Positions 9,435 to 19,045 of a stretch of DNA of 64,000 nt are shown piece by piece. Below the pieces are notes generated by a model. That model was not told the DNA's origin. It saw nothing but the letters and a program-made list of their open reading frames with translations, and searched no databases. A program made the position numbers and the translations under genes. The stretch comes from a virus, in IMG/VR virus record IMGVR_UViG_3300043424_000354, positions 1 through 64,000 of that record; one strand, given 5' to 3'. How positions within the stretch are numbered: the first letter of the stretch is position 1; every line of letters starts with the position of its first letter.

Positions 9435-9631
9435 GCCGCTTTTTCACCATAGAGATAAGAAAGATAACCAGCGATATAGGCATCAGAAGCGCCAACCATC
9501 ACGCGAAGCTGGGACACGATAAAATCAAGTTCAATAGACTCAACCCAACCACCCTCAAAATCTTCACGAGCAGTAGCGAAACCATCAGCGAACGAAGTAA
9601 AATCAGACATCAAGAATTCCTTTCTCATCAT
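9431..9631 (-). CDS. Hypothetical small early protein (start probably 9610)
   Basis: Has its own promoter and an AGGA SD before MSDF. Confidence 0.6.
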   Translation of the reverse strand: MMRKEFLMSDFTSFADGFATAREDFEGGWVESIELDFIVSQLRVMVGASDAYIAGYLSYLYGEKAA

Positions 9632-9637
9632 ATATAC

Positions 9638-9666
9638 ACTCTACCTCGAAACGAGAGAAATGTCAA
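9638..9666 (-). promoter_or_regulatory. Early sigma70-type promoter embedded in a 13-bp inverted repeat
   Basis: TTGACA-N17-TAGAGT; repeat arms at 9642-9654 and 9676-9688. Confidence 0.7.
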
Positions 9667-9696
9667 GCACTTTTTTCGTTTCGAGGTAAAATAATT

Positions 9697-11952
9697 TTAA
9701 GCAACTGCCCGAATCATTTTTCCGAGCAGCACGCGATTGGTTTGCTTCTTGTTCTGGAACTTCTTAAATGCCTTGGTCAGTTCCTTAGCATCAGTCGCAT
9801 CTGTATCCAGAACATCGGCATCAATACCGAGTTCCTTACCACCAGGAACGAGGAAGCGATCGTCATAACCACCAGACTTGGTGACATGAAAATACTTACC
9901 CTTGCTCCATTCTTCCTTCCACTTGGTGGAGAAGTCAGCAGACTTATAGAGACGCTGGGCAAAGTACTTCGCATTGTAATCCACGATGAAGAAATTCATG
10001 GTGCGCGAACCAGTCGCCTTGCGATAGAGTTCGAGCAGTGCTTCCTGCATCTGGTTGCGCTGGTCATCATGATACTTGACAGTTACATTCGCACCAGTCT
10101 TGGCATCCGAAATAGTCAGGTTGCGTGCCGACCAGCGAGAATACTTACCACCAACCGTAACGTTGTCATCACCATCACCATCCGTCACAAACACAGTGCT
10201 GAGAACTTCAACACGATGCTTGTTACGGAACTGTTCAGCAATCGAACGAGCAAGAACAATCGATTCCTCGAGAGGAGTCGACGCAAGACCCATGAAATCA
10301 GGCAGACGATAGGTATTGCGAGTTTGGTAACGACGACGAGTTTCAAATGCCTCAGCGCACATCAACAGATTGCGAATCATCTGGTTGAACATACCAGCAG
10401 AGCAGTTGCTGCTCATAAACTGCAGAAGGAAGAATCCATGACGAGCAATGTCAATACTGCGGTCATCATTCGATGACTGGCGATTATCAATCATCTTACG
10501 GGCATTAGGATACGCATCAGATACCATGTTGTTGTTCGTGAAACCATAAACTTCGAAGGGGATACGAACCTTACGGCAGAACATCATCAACGTAACCAAC
10601 TGCTCAATCGAACCCTTCATGTTACCAGACATAGAACCAGACATGTCGAGGAACAGAAGCATACCATGGTTCTTACCATCAGGAACAACCGTGTTACGAG
10701 CAAACAGATCTTCGCTGATCTTGTGCGCCCAAACGCGATCAACATCAAGACGACCTGTCTTAGAGATCGATGCACGAGCAAACTGCGATGCCTTACGCTT
10801 CATTTCAAATTCCTGAACCATCAGGTTGATATACTTCTGGTTCTTATCGCGGAACTGAACGAACAGGTCGTTTGCTACAGCAACAGAGTCGAGTTGTTCG
10901 TGCGTCCACTGGTCCTTGTGAACGGTCGGTGCCATATTGTCAAGCAACCAATTCATCGGAACCACATAGTTACGAGGATCTACTTCGCGCAGAACACCAT
11001 ATTCATACGGACGCGATTCGCTATCGATGAAAGTATCTTCCATCTGGCGGAAGAACTGGTCGGTGATACCAGCAGGATCATCGCTGTAGGTTGGTTCGGC
11101 AGCAGTCGTCGAAGAACCTTTTTGCTTTTCACCCTGTGAGTCATCACCAGCACGTTCGGAATCAGCAGCATCATCCGACTTCTTTTCGCCAGCAGAGGCA
11201 GGAGATTTACCTTCACCCTTGTCATCGGCAGCATCGGCAGTTTCGTCAGACTTGTCATCGCTCTGCTGAGCATCCGACGAGGAAGGAGCAGAAACTTTAA
11301 CGTTGGTAGGTTCACCCTGACCATCACCATCGTCGTCACCGTCTTCTATAACACCCGACAGAGCATCCATCAGATCGTCAAGGTCAAACTCAGGTTCAGG
11401 TTCAGACTTCGCGAGTTCGTAGAGTTCGGCAGCGAGAGCAGCGACATCATCCCAAGTCTTCATCGCATCGATGCGAGCGATATATGGTTGCTCATCGTTC
11501 GAGAACTGAACGTTCAGGAAAGGACCAACCTTGTAGTGCAGATTGATACGGTCAATAAAACGGAGAGTGCTAAGGTCGCGACCCTTCACGCCGAAGAAGT
11601 TCTTGTCGAACAGTTCCTGATAACCAGTGAAGAAGTTCTTGCGGATACCAGGAAACTTGTCCTTGATCATACGCTCGATACGAGCATCTTCAAGGATGTT
11701 CAGATAGGACTTGATACCCATACCACGAGCATCGATCTCACCGTGCCAACCCTTGGCGGGAGTATAGAGTGCGTGACCAACTTCATGACCGATAAGCAGG
11801 TCATAAAGATCGTTCGACATATCTTTCCAGATAGGGAGGATGAGAGTACGGTTCTTGAGGTCGAAGGCAGCAGTCTGAACCTGCTGGTGTTCGACGCGAA
11901 GGTTCTCAGTGGCAAGCAACCGAGCGAGCGTAGATTTCTGGTTCGTATTCAT
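9697..11952 (-). CDS. VWA-domain protein with N-terminal HEXXH metallopeptidase-like domain (CobT-like partner of the AAA ATPase)
   Basis: GHEVGH, NILEDARIE, acidic linker, MIDAS DMSGS, TDG. Confidence 0.85.
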   Translation of the reverse strand: MNTNQKSTLARLLATENLRVEHQQVQTAAFDLKNRTLILPIWKDMSNDLYDLLIGHEVGHALYTPAKGWHGEIDARGMGIKSYLNILEDARIERMIKDKFPGIRKNFFTGYQELFDKNFFGVKGRDLSTLRFIDRINLHYKVGPFLNVQFSNDEQPYIARIDAMKTWDDVAALAAELYELAKSEPEPEFDLDDLMDALSGVIEDGDDDGDGQGEPTNVKVSAPSSSDAQQSDDKSDETADAADDKGEGKSPASAGEKKSDDAADSERAGDDSQGEKQKGSSTTAAEPTYSDDPAGITDQFFRQMEDTFIDSESRPYEYGVLREVDPRNYVVPMNWLLDNMAPTVHKDQWTHEQLDSVAVANDLFVQFRDKNQKYINLMVQEFEMKRKASQFARASISKTGRLDVDRVWAHKISEDLFARNTVVPDGKNHGMLLFLDMSGSMSGNMKGSIEQLVTLMMFCRKVRIPFEVYGFTNNNMVSDAYPNARKMIDNRQSSNDDRSIDIARHGFFLLQFMSSNCSAGMFNQMIRNLLMCAEAFETRRRYQTRNTYRLPDFMGLASTPLEESIVLARSIAEQFRNKHRVEVLSTVFVTDGDGDDNVTVGGKYSRWSARNLTISDAKTGANVTVKYHDDQRNQMQEALLELYRKATGSRTMNFFIVDYNAKYFAQRLYKSADFSTKWKEEWSKGKYFHVTKSGGYDDRFLVPGGKELGIDADVLDTDATDAKELTKAFKKFQNKKQTNRVLLGKMIRAVA

Positions 11953-11982
11953 AACAGCACCTCATTCATAATCAATATAACC

Positions 11983-12011
11983 ACTCTACCCGATTTTGGC
12001 AGAAATGTCAA
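11983..12011 (-). promoter_or_regulatory. Early sigma70-type promoter
   Basis: TTGACA-N17-TAGAGT. Confidence 0.75.
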
Positions 12012-12015
12012 GCCG

Positions 12016-12738
12016 TTATTTTCGTGCAAGGTAATTATTTTTATGTTGCGTGATGTTTTTATATCCCATCTCACCTAGGAGATCGAATAATTTTAATCTT
12101 GTATTTTCAAACCACGACTCTTGCCAACACTCAAAAATAATTGGCGGGTAGTTATTTTCTTTCAGAGTTTCTTTTGCACCAAGCAAGACGTTCAATTCCA
12201 TACCCTCAACGTCAATCTTGATAACATCAATCTCACGGAAAGCATACTCATCAAGAGTCTTAACATCGTAGTGCGTTAGGAAATCCCACTTAGAAAATTT
12301 GCCTGTGGTTGTTTTACTTTTATACTGCTCAACACTAAAATTCAATGTCAATCCACCGATGTTAGCAGAAGTCCTGTAGTCAGGAACACCACCCATTAGT
12401 CGCATTGCCTTCTCAGCAAGACCATGATTATGAGACTCAACGTTGGTTAATGAATTCAGGAATACATTGGTATTGAATTGCTGAAACACAACTCTCTGCG
12501 GTTCAAATCCAATAAATCTTGCATCAGGATATTCTTTAGCAAGAGGAATAGAGAATGAACCCAGATTACAACCGATGTCTAGAACGACACCAGTTCGTAT
12601 AAACTGCCTTGCCAACTCTTGTGTTTGTTTTTCGAAGTGTCCATATTTACGTATGGAAGTCGAGATATAGTCTCGAGTTTTGAACAGAGCATAATGTATT
12701 CCGTTGTCAGTTGTGACAACTTCAATATCAGGAAGCAT
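12016..12738 (-). CDS. FkbM-family SAM methyltransferase
   Basis: VLDIGCNLG, FEP, IKIDVEGME, IIFE. Confidence 0.9.
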   Translation of the reverse strand: MLPDIEVVTTDNGIHYALFKTRDYISTSIRKYGHFEKQTQELARQFIRTGVVLDIGCNLGSFSIPLAKEYPDARFIGFEPQRVVFQQFNTNVFLNSLTNVESHNHGLAEKAMRLMGGVPDYRTSANIGGLTLNFSVEQYKSKTTTGKFSKWDFLTHYDVKTLDEYAFREIDVIKIDVEGMELNVLLGAKETLKENNYPPIIFECWQESWFENTRLKLFDLLGEMGYKNITQHKNNYLARK

Positions 12739-13067
12739 CAGTTGCAGCGAACAGTACGCTTTTCGTAGTAGTCGCCGTAGCGGTCATAACCACTGCTGAT
12801 AACTTCGCGACAGTAAGAACGACGATAGTGATAATCATATTCACGATCGTAGACTTCGCGTTCAACATTCCGATCTTCGGTTCGCTTGCTGCTTGCTGCA
12901 GCACCAAGTATAAATGCGCCTACACCGATGGCGATTGCCTCACCAGTGCTAATACGCGAGTGATGTCCGCGACCCTGACCACCACGGTCACGGTGCTTTG
13001 CTTCGGCAGCAACAGGAGTGGCAAGAACACTAACAGCAATAAGACCTGAAACAATTTTCTTCAACAT
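12738..13067 (-). CDS. Exported small protein with glycine-zipper-like hydrophobic segment
   Basis: Signal peptide (..LATPVAAEA), AIAIGVGAFILGAA, C-terminal Cys pair. Confidence 0.65.
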   Translation of the reverse strand: MLKKIVSGLIAVSVLATPVAAEAKHRDRGGQGRGHHSRISTGEAIAIGVGAFILGAAASSKRTEDRNVEREVYDREYDYHYRRSYCREVISSGYDRYGDYYEKRTVRCN

Positions 13068-13079
13068 ACTTCTTCTCCT

Positions 13080-13685
13080 TTAATAACGAGTCATCGTGCC
13101 ATCATGATGGGCAAGATATGCTTCAAACTTCACATTAGGGTATTCTGATGAGAGGCCCTTCAGCATTTCCAGATTTGATACAGCATCGTCGAACAGGCGA
13201 ACACGAGAGTATTTACCTGTATCGAGATATTGTTTGATGTAGATTTTCTTACCCTCAGCAGAGTTGGCAGCATTGAGATTACCAGCACGGTGAACGTGGA
13301 TATCGTCAATGTCAATACCTTGCTTACGGAAGGTGTCTAGGAACATGTCACGGTCATCGAAGTCAGCGCGAGCAGTGATGACAATCATCTTGCTGCCCTT
13401 CGCCTTGACGTTCTTGTGAATTGCGATTAGTTTACGGATCGCCTTAGCAATCGGTTCGGAGGTGTCGCGGAAGTGGCGAGCATCTCGGAATTCTCGGAAG
13501 TCGTAGGACTCACCAGCACCCAACTTGTAGGTGTTAAATTCTTGGTTTGAAAGTTTACGAACGATTTCGCCACCCTTCATTACATAGATGAGTGCTTTTG
13601 TGTTGAAGAGGGTCTCGTCAATATCCCAAATGGTCAGGCCAGCACCCTCTTCGCGTTCGAACAAATAATCTTTAAAACCAATCAT
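13080..13685 (-). CDS. HAD-superfamily phosphatase-like protein
   Basis: WDIDETL (DxD), ITAR, K, FDD motifs I-IV. Confidence 0.8.
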   Translation of the reverse strand: MIGFKDYLFEREEGAGLTIWDIDETLFNTKALIYVMKGGEIVRKLSNQEFNTYKLGAGESYDFREFRDARHFRDTSEPIAKAIRKLIAIHKNVKAKGSKMIVITARADFDDRDMFLDTFRKQGIDIDDIHVHRAGNLNAANSAEGKKIYIKQYLDTGKYSRVRLFDDAVSNLEMLKGLSSEYPNVKFEAYLAHHDGTMTRY

Positions 13686-13691
13686 AGAATC

Positions 13692-13731
13692 AATATACCT
13701 GCTTTTTCTGAAAAAGTCAAGCCTATTTATT
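13692..13731 (-). promoter_or_regulatory. sigma70 promoter (TTGACT-N17-TATATT) plus late-like AATAAATA box
   Basis: Motif match; the same AATAAATA variant precedes gp19. Confidence 0.6.
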
Positions 13732-14371
13732 CATCTGTGGTTTTTTTCCTGCGCTTTTTTGGTTGTTCAGGTTCTTCTTCCTTGCTCTGCGCCCCAACAC
13801 GGTGCTCAAGACGCTTCGCAACTTCTTCGGCATCCAACCAGATGTCCTTGTTATCAAGCATCGACTTGATTTCTTCAGTCGTTAGGAAGTCCTTATAGAA
13901 GGAGGTGAACAGTTTCTCAGACCAAGAACGGAAGTGCGTAATCTGGTCATACATTTCACCACCCTTACCAATAGTTCCGCTTGAGTAGTTATGGAACATG
14001 AACATGGTATGGTCAGAGAGTTCGTAGCGATCGCCGCTGAGGAAAACCAGAGTAGCAGCACTCATGCAAATACCCTCGACGGAGCAGACAATAGTCGCAT
14101 TCGATTCTTGGATTGCGCGAACCAACTGCATAGCAGAGAATAGGTCGCCGCCTTCGCTGTTAATACGAATGTAAATTATATCGGTCTCACCTGCTGCTCG
14201 GAGGATTTGAAACCATTCAACATATTCTTCTGCGGGTTTAATCTCACCACACAGATAGAACGTCACTGCAGTCGCTACAGGTTGCGTAAAGAATTTTGGT
14301 TTTTGAGGAGCATGATCATACTCGTTCATAATATCTCGTGATCGCGGTGATCTTGTCAATTTGGTTATCAA
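13727..14371 (-). CDS. ClpP-like serine protease (start probably 14329)
   Basis: INSEGGD, CMSAAT (catalytic Ser), FMFH, DIWLDAEE. Confidence 0.88.
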   Translation of the reverse strand: MITKLTRSPRSRDIMNEYDHAPQKPKFFTQPVATAVTFYLCGEIKPAEEYVEWFQILRAAGETDIIYIRINSEGGDLFSAMQLVRAIQESNATIVCSVEGICMSAATLVFLSGDRYELSDHTMFMFHNYSSGTIGKGGEMYDQITHFRSWSEKLFTSFYKDFLTTEEIKSMLDNKDIWLDAEEVAKRLEHRVGAQSKEEEPEQPKKRRKKTTDE

Positions 14372-14690
14372 TGATTGGTGTCCTATTCGGCCAGTGGATG
14401 TATTCCTTTTCAGGATTTTTCATCAAATTATAAAGGAGAGGCAGAATTAGATCTTCTACCTGTTTTAGTTTTTCAGAGACTTCCATTTCTACAAGTCTCT
14501 TGTGCTCTGCGATAAGACCAGATTGGTCAGACGTTAGTAGTCTTGCTTCGAGATCATAGAGTTTTGCCATGATCTCATCTTTCAGGTCACCCGCATCTAT
14601 AGTCTGGGAACTATATGGTTCTGGAACGTGAATTACTGTTTCGGTTGGATCCTCAAATGTGAATCCGAAATCATAGGTTGTGTTGGACAT
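14316..14690 (-). CDS. Conserved hypothetical T4-like phage protein
   Basis: ILPLLYNLMKNPEKEYIHWPNR pattern. Confidence 0.6.
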   Translation of the reverse strand: MSNTTYDFGFTFEDPTETVIHVPEPYSSQTIDAGDLKDEIMAKLYDLEARLLTSDQSGLIAEHKRLVEMEVSEKLKQVEDLILPLLYNLMKNPEKEYIHWPNRTPIIDNQIDKITAITRYYERV

Positions 14691-15186
14691 ATTTCCTAAT
14701 ATACCTCTTTGCTCGTTTGTTTAAAGACTTTAGTGCCATATCGAGTTTCAACTGAGATACATGATCAGAAAAATTCAAACCTTCCATGTGATCAAACTCA
14801 TGCTGTGCGATTCTTGCCTGCAGTCCAATGAAAGTTTCAACGACATGAGTTCCGTCGACTTTCTGATAAGAAAGCGTAACTTCCTTTGGTCGTTTAACAG
14901 ACAACCACAATCCAGGATATGACAAGCATCCCTCCTTTGCAAGTTCCGTTTCCTTTGATACGGAGATTACTTTGGGATTAAAAATATTCTTACGATTGGT
15001 GTCATCACTTCCCATAACAAAAACCTTGGCATCGATACCCACCTGATTGGCGGAAAGACCAAGTCCTTGGAGACGACGACATTCATCCCACAATGTATCA
15101 GCAAGTTCCTGAGCATTCTGTTTTTCAAAATCAAAAGCAGTCGGGATATTACGCAACTGCGGATCTGTAAATTTAAGTAGTTCCAT
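14671..15186 (-). CDS. def: Peptide deformylase
   Basis: GLGLSANQVG, EGCLS, QHEFDH. Confidence 0.95.
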   Translation of the reverse strand: MELLKFTDPQLRNIPTAFDFEKQNAQELADTLWDECRRLQGLGLSANQVGIDAKVFVMGSDDTNRKNIFNPKVISVSKETELAKEGCLSYPGLWLSVKRPKEVTLSYQKVDGTHVVETFIGLQARIAQHEFDHMEGLNFSDHVSQLKLDMALKSLNKRAKRYIRKYVQHNL

Positions 15187-16901
15187 TATACCACCATTTC
15201 ACTATAATTATTTTTCTTTTCAAATTTGATCAAACTGCGGAACTTATCGAACAGTTGATCACCCTTGTGACTGATTACGAAAACATTAGTATCTTCGCCA
15301 ACAGTATCCAACAGGGACATAACGTAATCAGTTCCGTTATTATCCAACGATGAGTCGAATACTTCATCAAGAATCAACAGGTTTGTTGCAACACTGTTCT
15401 TCATCTTAGCAATAGTTCGCCAGGTAAACAGGAGGGCTAGATCGATTCGCTGCTTTTCTCCTTCCGAGAATGAAGCATAACTGAAGTCATCGCGATGGCG
15501 GGACTTGATTGTTTCGTCGAACTTTTCATCAAGATTAAACTGAACAAAGAAGTCCATTGCCTGAAGATATTTATTCACCAGTTTATTGATAACTGGAAGA
15601 TACTGCCGAATAATCTTAGTCTTAATACCAGTATCCTTGAGGAGTGTTGAGACAACTTCCATGTAATGCTTTTCTTCATTCAACCTTGCCTTCTCGGTAT
15701 TCTGAGAGACAACTTCCTTTGCAAGTTGCTTTAACTTATCCTTCTCAACATCAATATCAGCAGTCTTAGTTTTAATGTCATTCAGTTCTAGATTGAGTGC
15801 CTGAACAAGACGTTGCTGAACAATGATCTCATTGTTATTGGTAAGAATTTGCTTGTTCAGTTCTTGGATTTGTTCAACTAGAGCATTATCCTGCGCGATA
15901 AGTTCTTCGAGTTTTGTAAATTCTTCCTGGAGTTTCTCCATTCCTGAAGAAAGTTCTTCGATTTTCTCTTGGCGAGACGATACGATTGTTTCTTTGTGGT
16001 CATGGGCAATACCCTGCTGACACGTAGGACATTCGTCCGTTTCATTATAGAACGCCACCTCCTTTTGAAGATCGCGGAGTTGAGTGGAAAACTTGGTTTT
16101 GAATTGTTCGAGTTTCTTTTGCTTACTGGTAAGATCTCCGAGCAATGCACGGGCATCTTCTTGCGTAATCTTTTTACCTTCGAGCGTAGTAACAAGACTT
16201 TGGAAACTCGCGATGGATAATTCACCTTCCTCAATTCGGGAGATAATTTCGTCAACTCTCTTTTCCTTGTTTGCTTCCAGCGTGTCAACATATTCTTTTT
16301 GAATAGTTGCCTTCTGCTTCAAGACTTCCAGTTTGTTTTCTGCTTCGCTAACCTGATCTTTGAGAGCAGTCATCTTATCCTTCAGAACTGTGTTCATCGT
16401 AGTAAAGATCTGAATGTCAAGAATGTCTTCAATGATTTCGCGACGAGTAAATGGTGGCAACTGCATGAATGGAGTAAACGAAGCAGACCCCAGAATAACA
16501 ATCTGCGTAAATGATTTGTAATTAAACTTGAGAATTGATTCTTCAAGATACTTCTGATAGTCTCTAGCAGCAGCATCCTGATTGATCACTTCTCCACCAG
16601 ATTCAATCTCAAAGACATTCGGTTTAATACCACGAACAATCTTATAGTCTTTGCCACCTACTGAGAACTCAATCTCAACAACAAGATTCTTCTTATTGAT
16701 TGAGTTTAGCAGTTGCGGTTTATTAATATTGCGGAATGGTTTACCGAACAGACCGAAGCAGAGCGCATCAAGGAAGGTCGATTTACCGCCACCGTTCTCG
16801 CCAACAATCAGAGTGCTTGGCGAACGATTCAAATGAATTTCAGTAAACGTATTACCAGTTGATAGAAGATTCTTCCACCGTATTGTTTTAAAATAGATCA
16901 T
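15186..16901 (-). CDS. 46: Recombination ATPase/exonuclease gp46 (Rad50-like)
   Basis: GENGGGKST, CPTC zinc hook, FSEGEK signature, ILDEVFD, ISH. Confidence 0.97.
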   Translation of the reverse strand: MIYFKTIRWKNLLSTGNTFTEIHLNRSPSTLIVGENGGGKSTFLDALCFGLFGKPFRNINKPQLLNSINKKNLVVEIEFSVGGKDYKIVRGIKPNVFEIESGGEVINQDAAARDYQKYLEESILKFNYKSFTQIVILGSASFTPFMQLPPFTRREIIEDILDIQIFTTMNTVLKDKMTALKDQVSEAENKLEVLKQKATIQKEYVDTLEANKEKRVDEIISRIEEGELSIASFQSLVTTLEGKKITQEDARALLGDLTSKQKKLEQFKTKFSTQLRDLQKEVAFYNETDECPTCQQGIAHDHKETIVSSRQEKIEELSSGMEKLQEEFTKLEELIAQDNALVEQIQELNKQILTNNNEIIVQQRLVQALNLELNDIKTKTADIDVEKDKLKQLAKEVVSQNTEKARLNEEKHYMEVVSTLLKDTGIKTKIIRQYLPVINKLVNKYLQAMDFFVQFNLDEKFDETIKSRHRDDFSYASFSEGEKQRIDLALLFTWRTIAKMKNSVATNLLILDEVFDSSLDNNGTDYVMSLLDTVGEDTNVFVISHKGDQLFDKFRSLIKFEKKNNYSEMVV

Positions 16902-17953
16902 ACAGAAACGTGCTGTGCCTCAATATACAAAGTTCTCAGTAAGTTTTTAATTTTATCTTTATCAAGGTCGGTTGAAACTGTGTCAACAAAATCAGAAAGA
17001 ACTGTCATTGTATCCTCAATGTCAAGTTTTTCATCTTCCATTGCCTCGGTCTCAAACTCTGAGAAGTCTTCAATAATTTTTAATTCGATCAGGTTGCAAT
17101 CATACAACTTGTCCACGAAACGATCAAACTTATAGAAGTCTGTTTTCTTTACGACAACTAATCGAACACAACTCCCCACAAGTGTGCTAAGATCAAGCAA
17201 ACTAGGGTCACCAGTAGTGTCATCATAGTAGATTTTATGAAAGATTTTAAATGGGTTCTCATGAAATTCTATCTCATTCGTTTCCGTATCATAGAGGTGA
17301 TACCCTCGTGGATCATTATAATCGCTCCAAGTAAACTCATAGGTATTACCAAGATAGACAATGTTACCAGACCGACTCCGATGATGAAAATGACCAGAGC
17401 AAACAAGAGGGAATTTATCAAACTCTGCAGTATCCATCCCATGGTCATTCTTATGCCCACGATACATTTCAAAACCTGAAAATTCAAAGTGTCCAAATAC
17501 TGCTTGTGCATTGCTTTCCTTTACAACTGCCATAGTTTCGGCGTAGTTACCCGAACAGATCCACGGCACAAGCAGCAGATTTTTACCGTCGAGAATAATT
17601 TCTTCTGCGTCAGAGTATGTAATGATATTTTCATACTCTCGCAATAGAAGGTCCAACGAGTTTACGTCATTGGTGTTCTTGAAGAACGTGTCGTGATTAC
17701 CTGCGATCATGTGAACGTCGATACCAAGTTCGGCGGTCTTATCGAAAAAGTATTCACGACACTTCTTCAGTGTGTTATAGTTGATGAACTTGCGTCGATC
17801 GAAAACATCACCAAGGTGAATGATAGTCTTGATTCCTTCGCGTTCAAGATGAGGGAAAAACACCTCGGTGTAAAACTTCGCGAAGAAGTTATCAAATGGA
17901 ATAGAATCTGACCTAGCACCGAAGTGGGTGTCAGTGATCAACGCAATCTTCAT
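16898..17953 (-). CDS. 47: Recombination nuclease gp47 (Mre11-like)
   Basis: DTHFG, GDVFD, GNHD, GHFH. Confidence 0.97.
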   Translation of the reverse strand: MKIALITDTHFGARSDSIPFDNFFAKFYTEVFFPHLEREGIKTIIHLGDVFDRRKFINYNTLKKCREYFFDKTAELGIDVHMIAGNHDTFFKNTNDVNSLDLLLREYENIITYSDAEEIILDGKNLLLVPWICSGNYAETMAVVKESNAQAVFGHFEFSGFEMYRGHKNDHGMDTAEFDKFPLVCSGHFHHRSRSGNIVYLGNTYEFTWSDYNDPRGYHLYDTETNEIEFHENPFKIFHKIYYDDTTGDPSLLDLSTLVGSCVRLVVVKKTDFYKFDRFVDKLYDCNLIELKIIEDFSEFETEAMEDEKLDIEDTMTVLSDFVDTVSTDLDKDKIKNLLRTLYIEAQHVSV

Positions 17954-17968
17954 ACTCGAACCTTTTAT

Positions 17969-18361
17969 TTACTTTGCAGGTGGGGTTGCCGTTGCGTTAG
18001 CGGGAACAACTTCTTCCAACTTTTCCTCGGTAGTTTCCTGAGGGACTTCGTCCGAAAGACGCTTCAAAATAATCTGACCATTGCAGATCATGTAGTGCTG
18101 ACCATCACCAAGTTTGCTGGACTCAAGATAAATGCACGCAGCATTCTGCTTAGAGATTTCTTGGACTTGATACTTATGTTCCGCTGCGGAACTGATCAGA
18201 GAATATGCGCCAGTGAAAAACAACCCAGTGAAAATCAGCATCCAGTAGTTATCCGCAACCCACTTACCAACAGGGTTCTGCTTAACGAGGGTCTTGGCAG
18301 CGTTGAGGTCAATCTTATCAGTCATTAATTTATCCTTATTCACAAGAGTAGATATTCTCAT
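17969..18361 (-). CDS. Hypothetical membrane-anchored protein
   Basis: One hydrophobic segment, WMLIFTGLFFTGAYSLI. Confidence 0.6.
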   Translation of the reverse strand: MRISTLVNKDKLMTDKIDLNAAKTLVKQNPVGKWVADNYWMLIFTGLFFTGAYSLISSAAEHKYQVQEISKQNAACIYLESSKLGDGQHYMICNGQIILKRLSDEVPQETTEEKLEEVVPANATATPPAK

Positions 18362-18362
18362 A

Positions 18363-18956
18363 TTACCCTAAATCAAGAGAATTGTCAATGATTTTTTTAT
18401 CAAGATATTTCGGTCGCCTCTTCGGAAGAGCATTTTTCTTAGGTTCATCTGGTTTATCGTACTCATCTATCATATCCATTTGCTTCTTGACATAATCGAT
18501 AAACTCGTTGCCGTATTCACCAGTATCATGATCCTGCGTAATAAGGTCATGCATATCAATATTTCTCATGTATCGATATTTGGTTTGCTGTTGCCTCTTT
18601 TCCTTTTGGATTCTACGAAGAAAGGCATAGTAGGTGATTTGTGTGAAGTACGCGAAGGGATTCTTAGACTTATCAGGATCGAAGTTGTCAATGTAAGTAA
18701 TGCAGTTCTCAATGCCATCAGAAATCATTTCCTCGCGATAGGTATAGTTGATAAAATTGCTTTTGTATGCAAGGTGGTTTGCAATCTTAAGAAAACACTC
18801 GCCAAGATAATTTGGCACACGTGGTTTAGTTGTTCCTGCCTCAATAGAAGCAAGCACCCCATTGCGATACTTAGTAATCTCTTCTAAGAACTTTGAGTTG
18901 TCCACGTAATGGACATTGTTCTTTTTGTTTTTCTTGAATGGTACTTTTTCGTTCAT
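18363..18956 (-). CDS. 55: Late transcription sigma factor gp55
   Basis: HYVDN, NFINYTYREEMISDGIENC, NPFAYFTQI. Start set at MNEK (GGAG SD), downstream of the promoter. Confidence 0.95.
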   Translation of the reverse strand: MNEKVPFKKNKKNNVHYVDNSKFLEEITKYRNGVLASIEAGTTKPRVPNYLGECFLKIANHLAYKSNFINYTYREEMISDGIENCITYIDNFDPDKSKNPFAYFTQITYYAFLRRIQKEKRQQQTKYRYMRNIDMHDLITQDHDTGEYGNEFIDYVKKQMDMIDEYDKPDEPKKNALPKRRPKYLDKKIIDNSLDLG

Positions 18957-18978
18957 GTTTTTCTCCATCTCATAGTAT

Positions 18979-19007
18979 CTTATACTATATTTTTTCACTA
19001 AAGTCAA
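18979..19007 (-). promoter_or_regulatory. sigma70-type promoter for gp55
   Basis: TTGACT-N17-TATAAG. Confidence 0.65.
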
Positions 19008-19017
19008 CTTTTTTTCA

Positions 19018-19045
19018 TTGACATTTCTTTGGAAAAGAGTATAAT
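19018..19045 (+). promoter_or_regulatory. Orphan consensus sigma70 promoter firing antisense toward uvsW
   Basis: TTGACA-N16-TATAAT with no substantial downstream plus-strand gene. Confidence 0.6.

Noticed and set aside
18957-19007. Longer gp55 start in the ORF track
   Set aside because: It overlaps the predicted promoter, and the SD supports the downstream ATG
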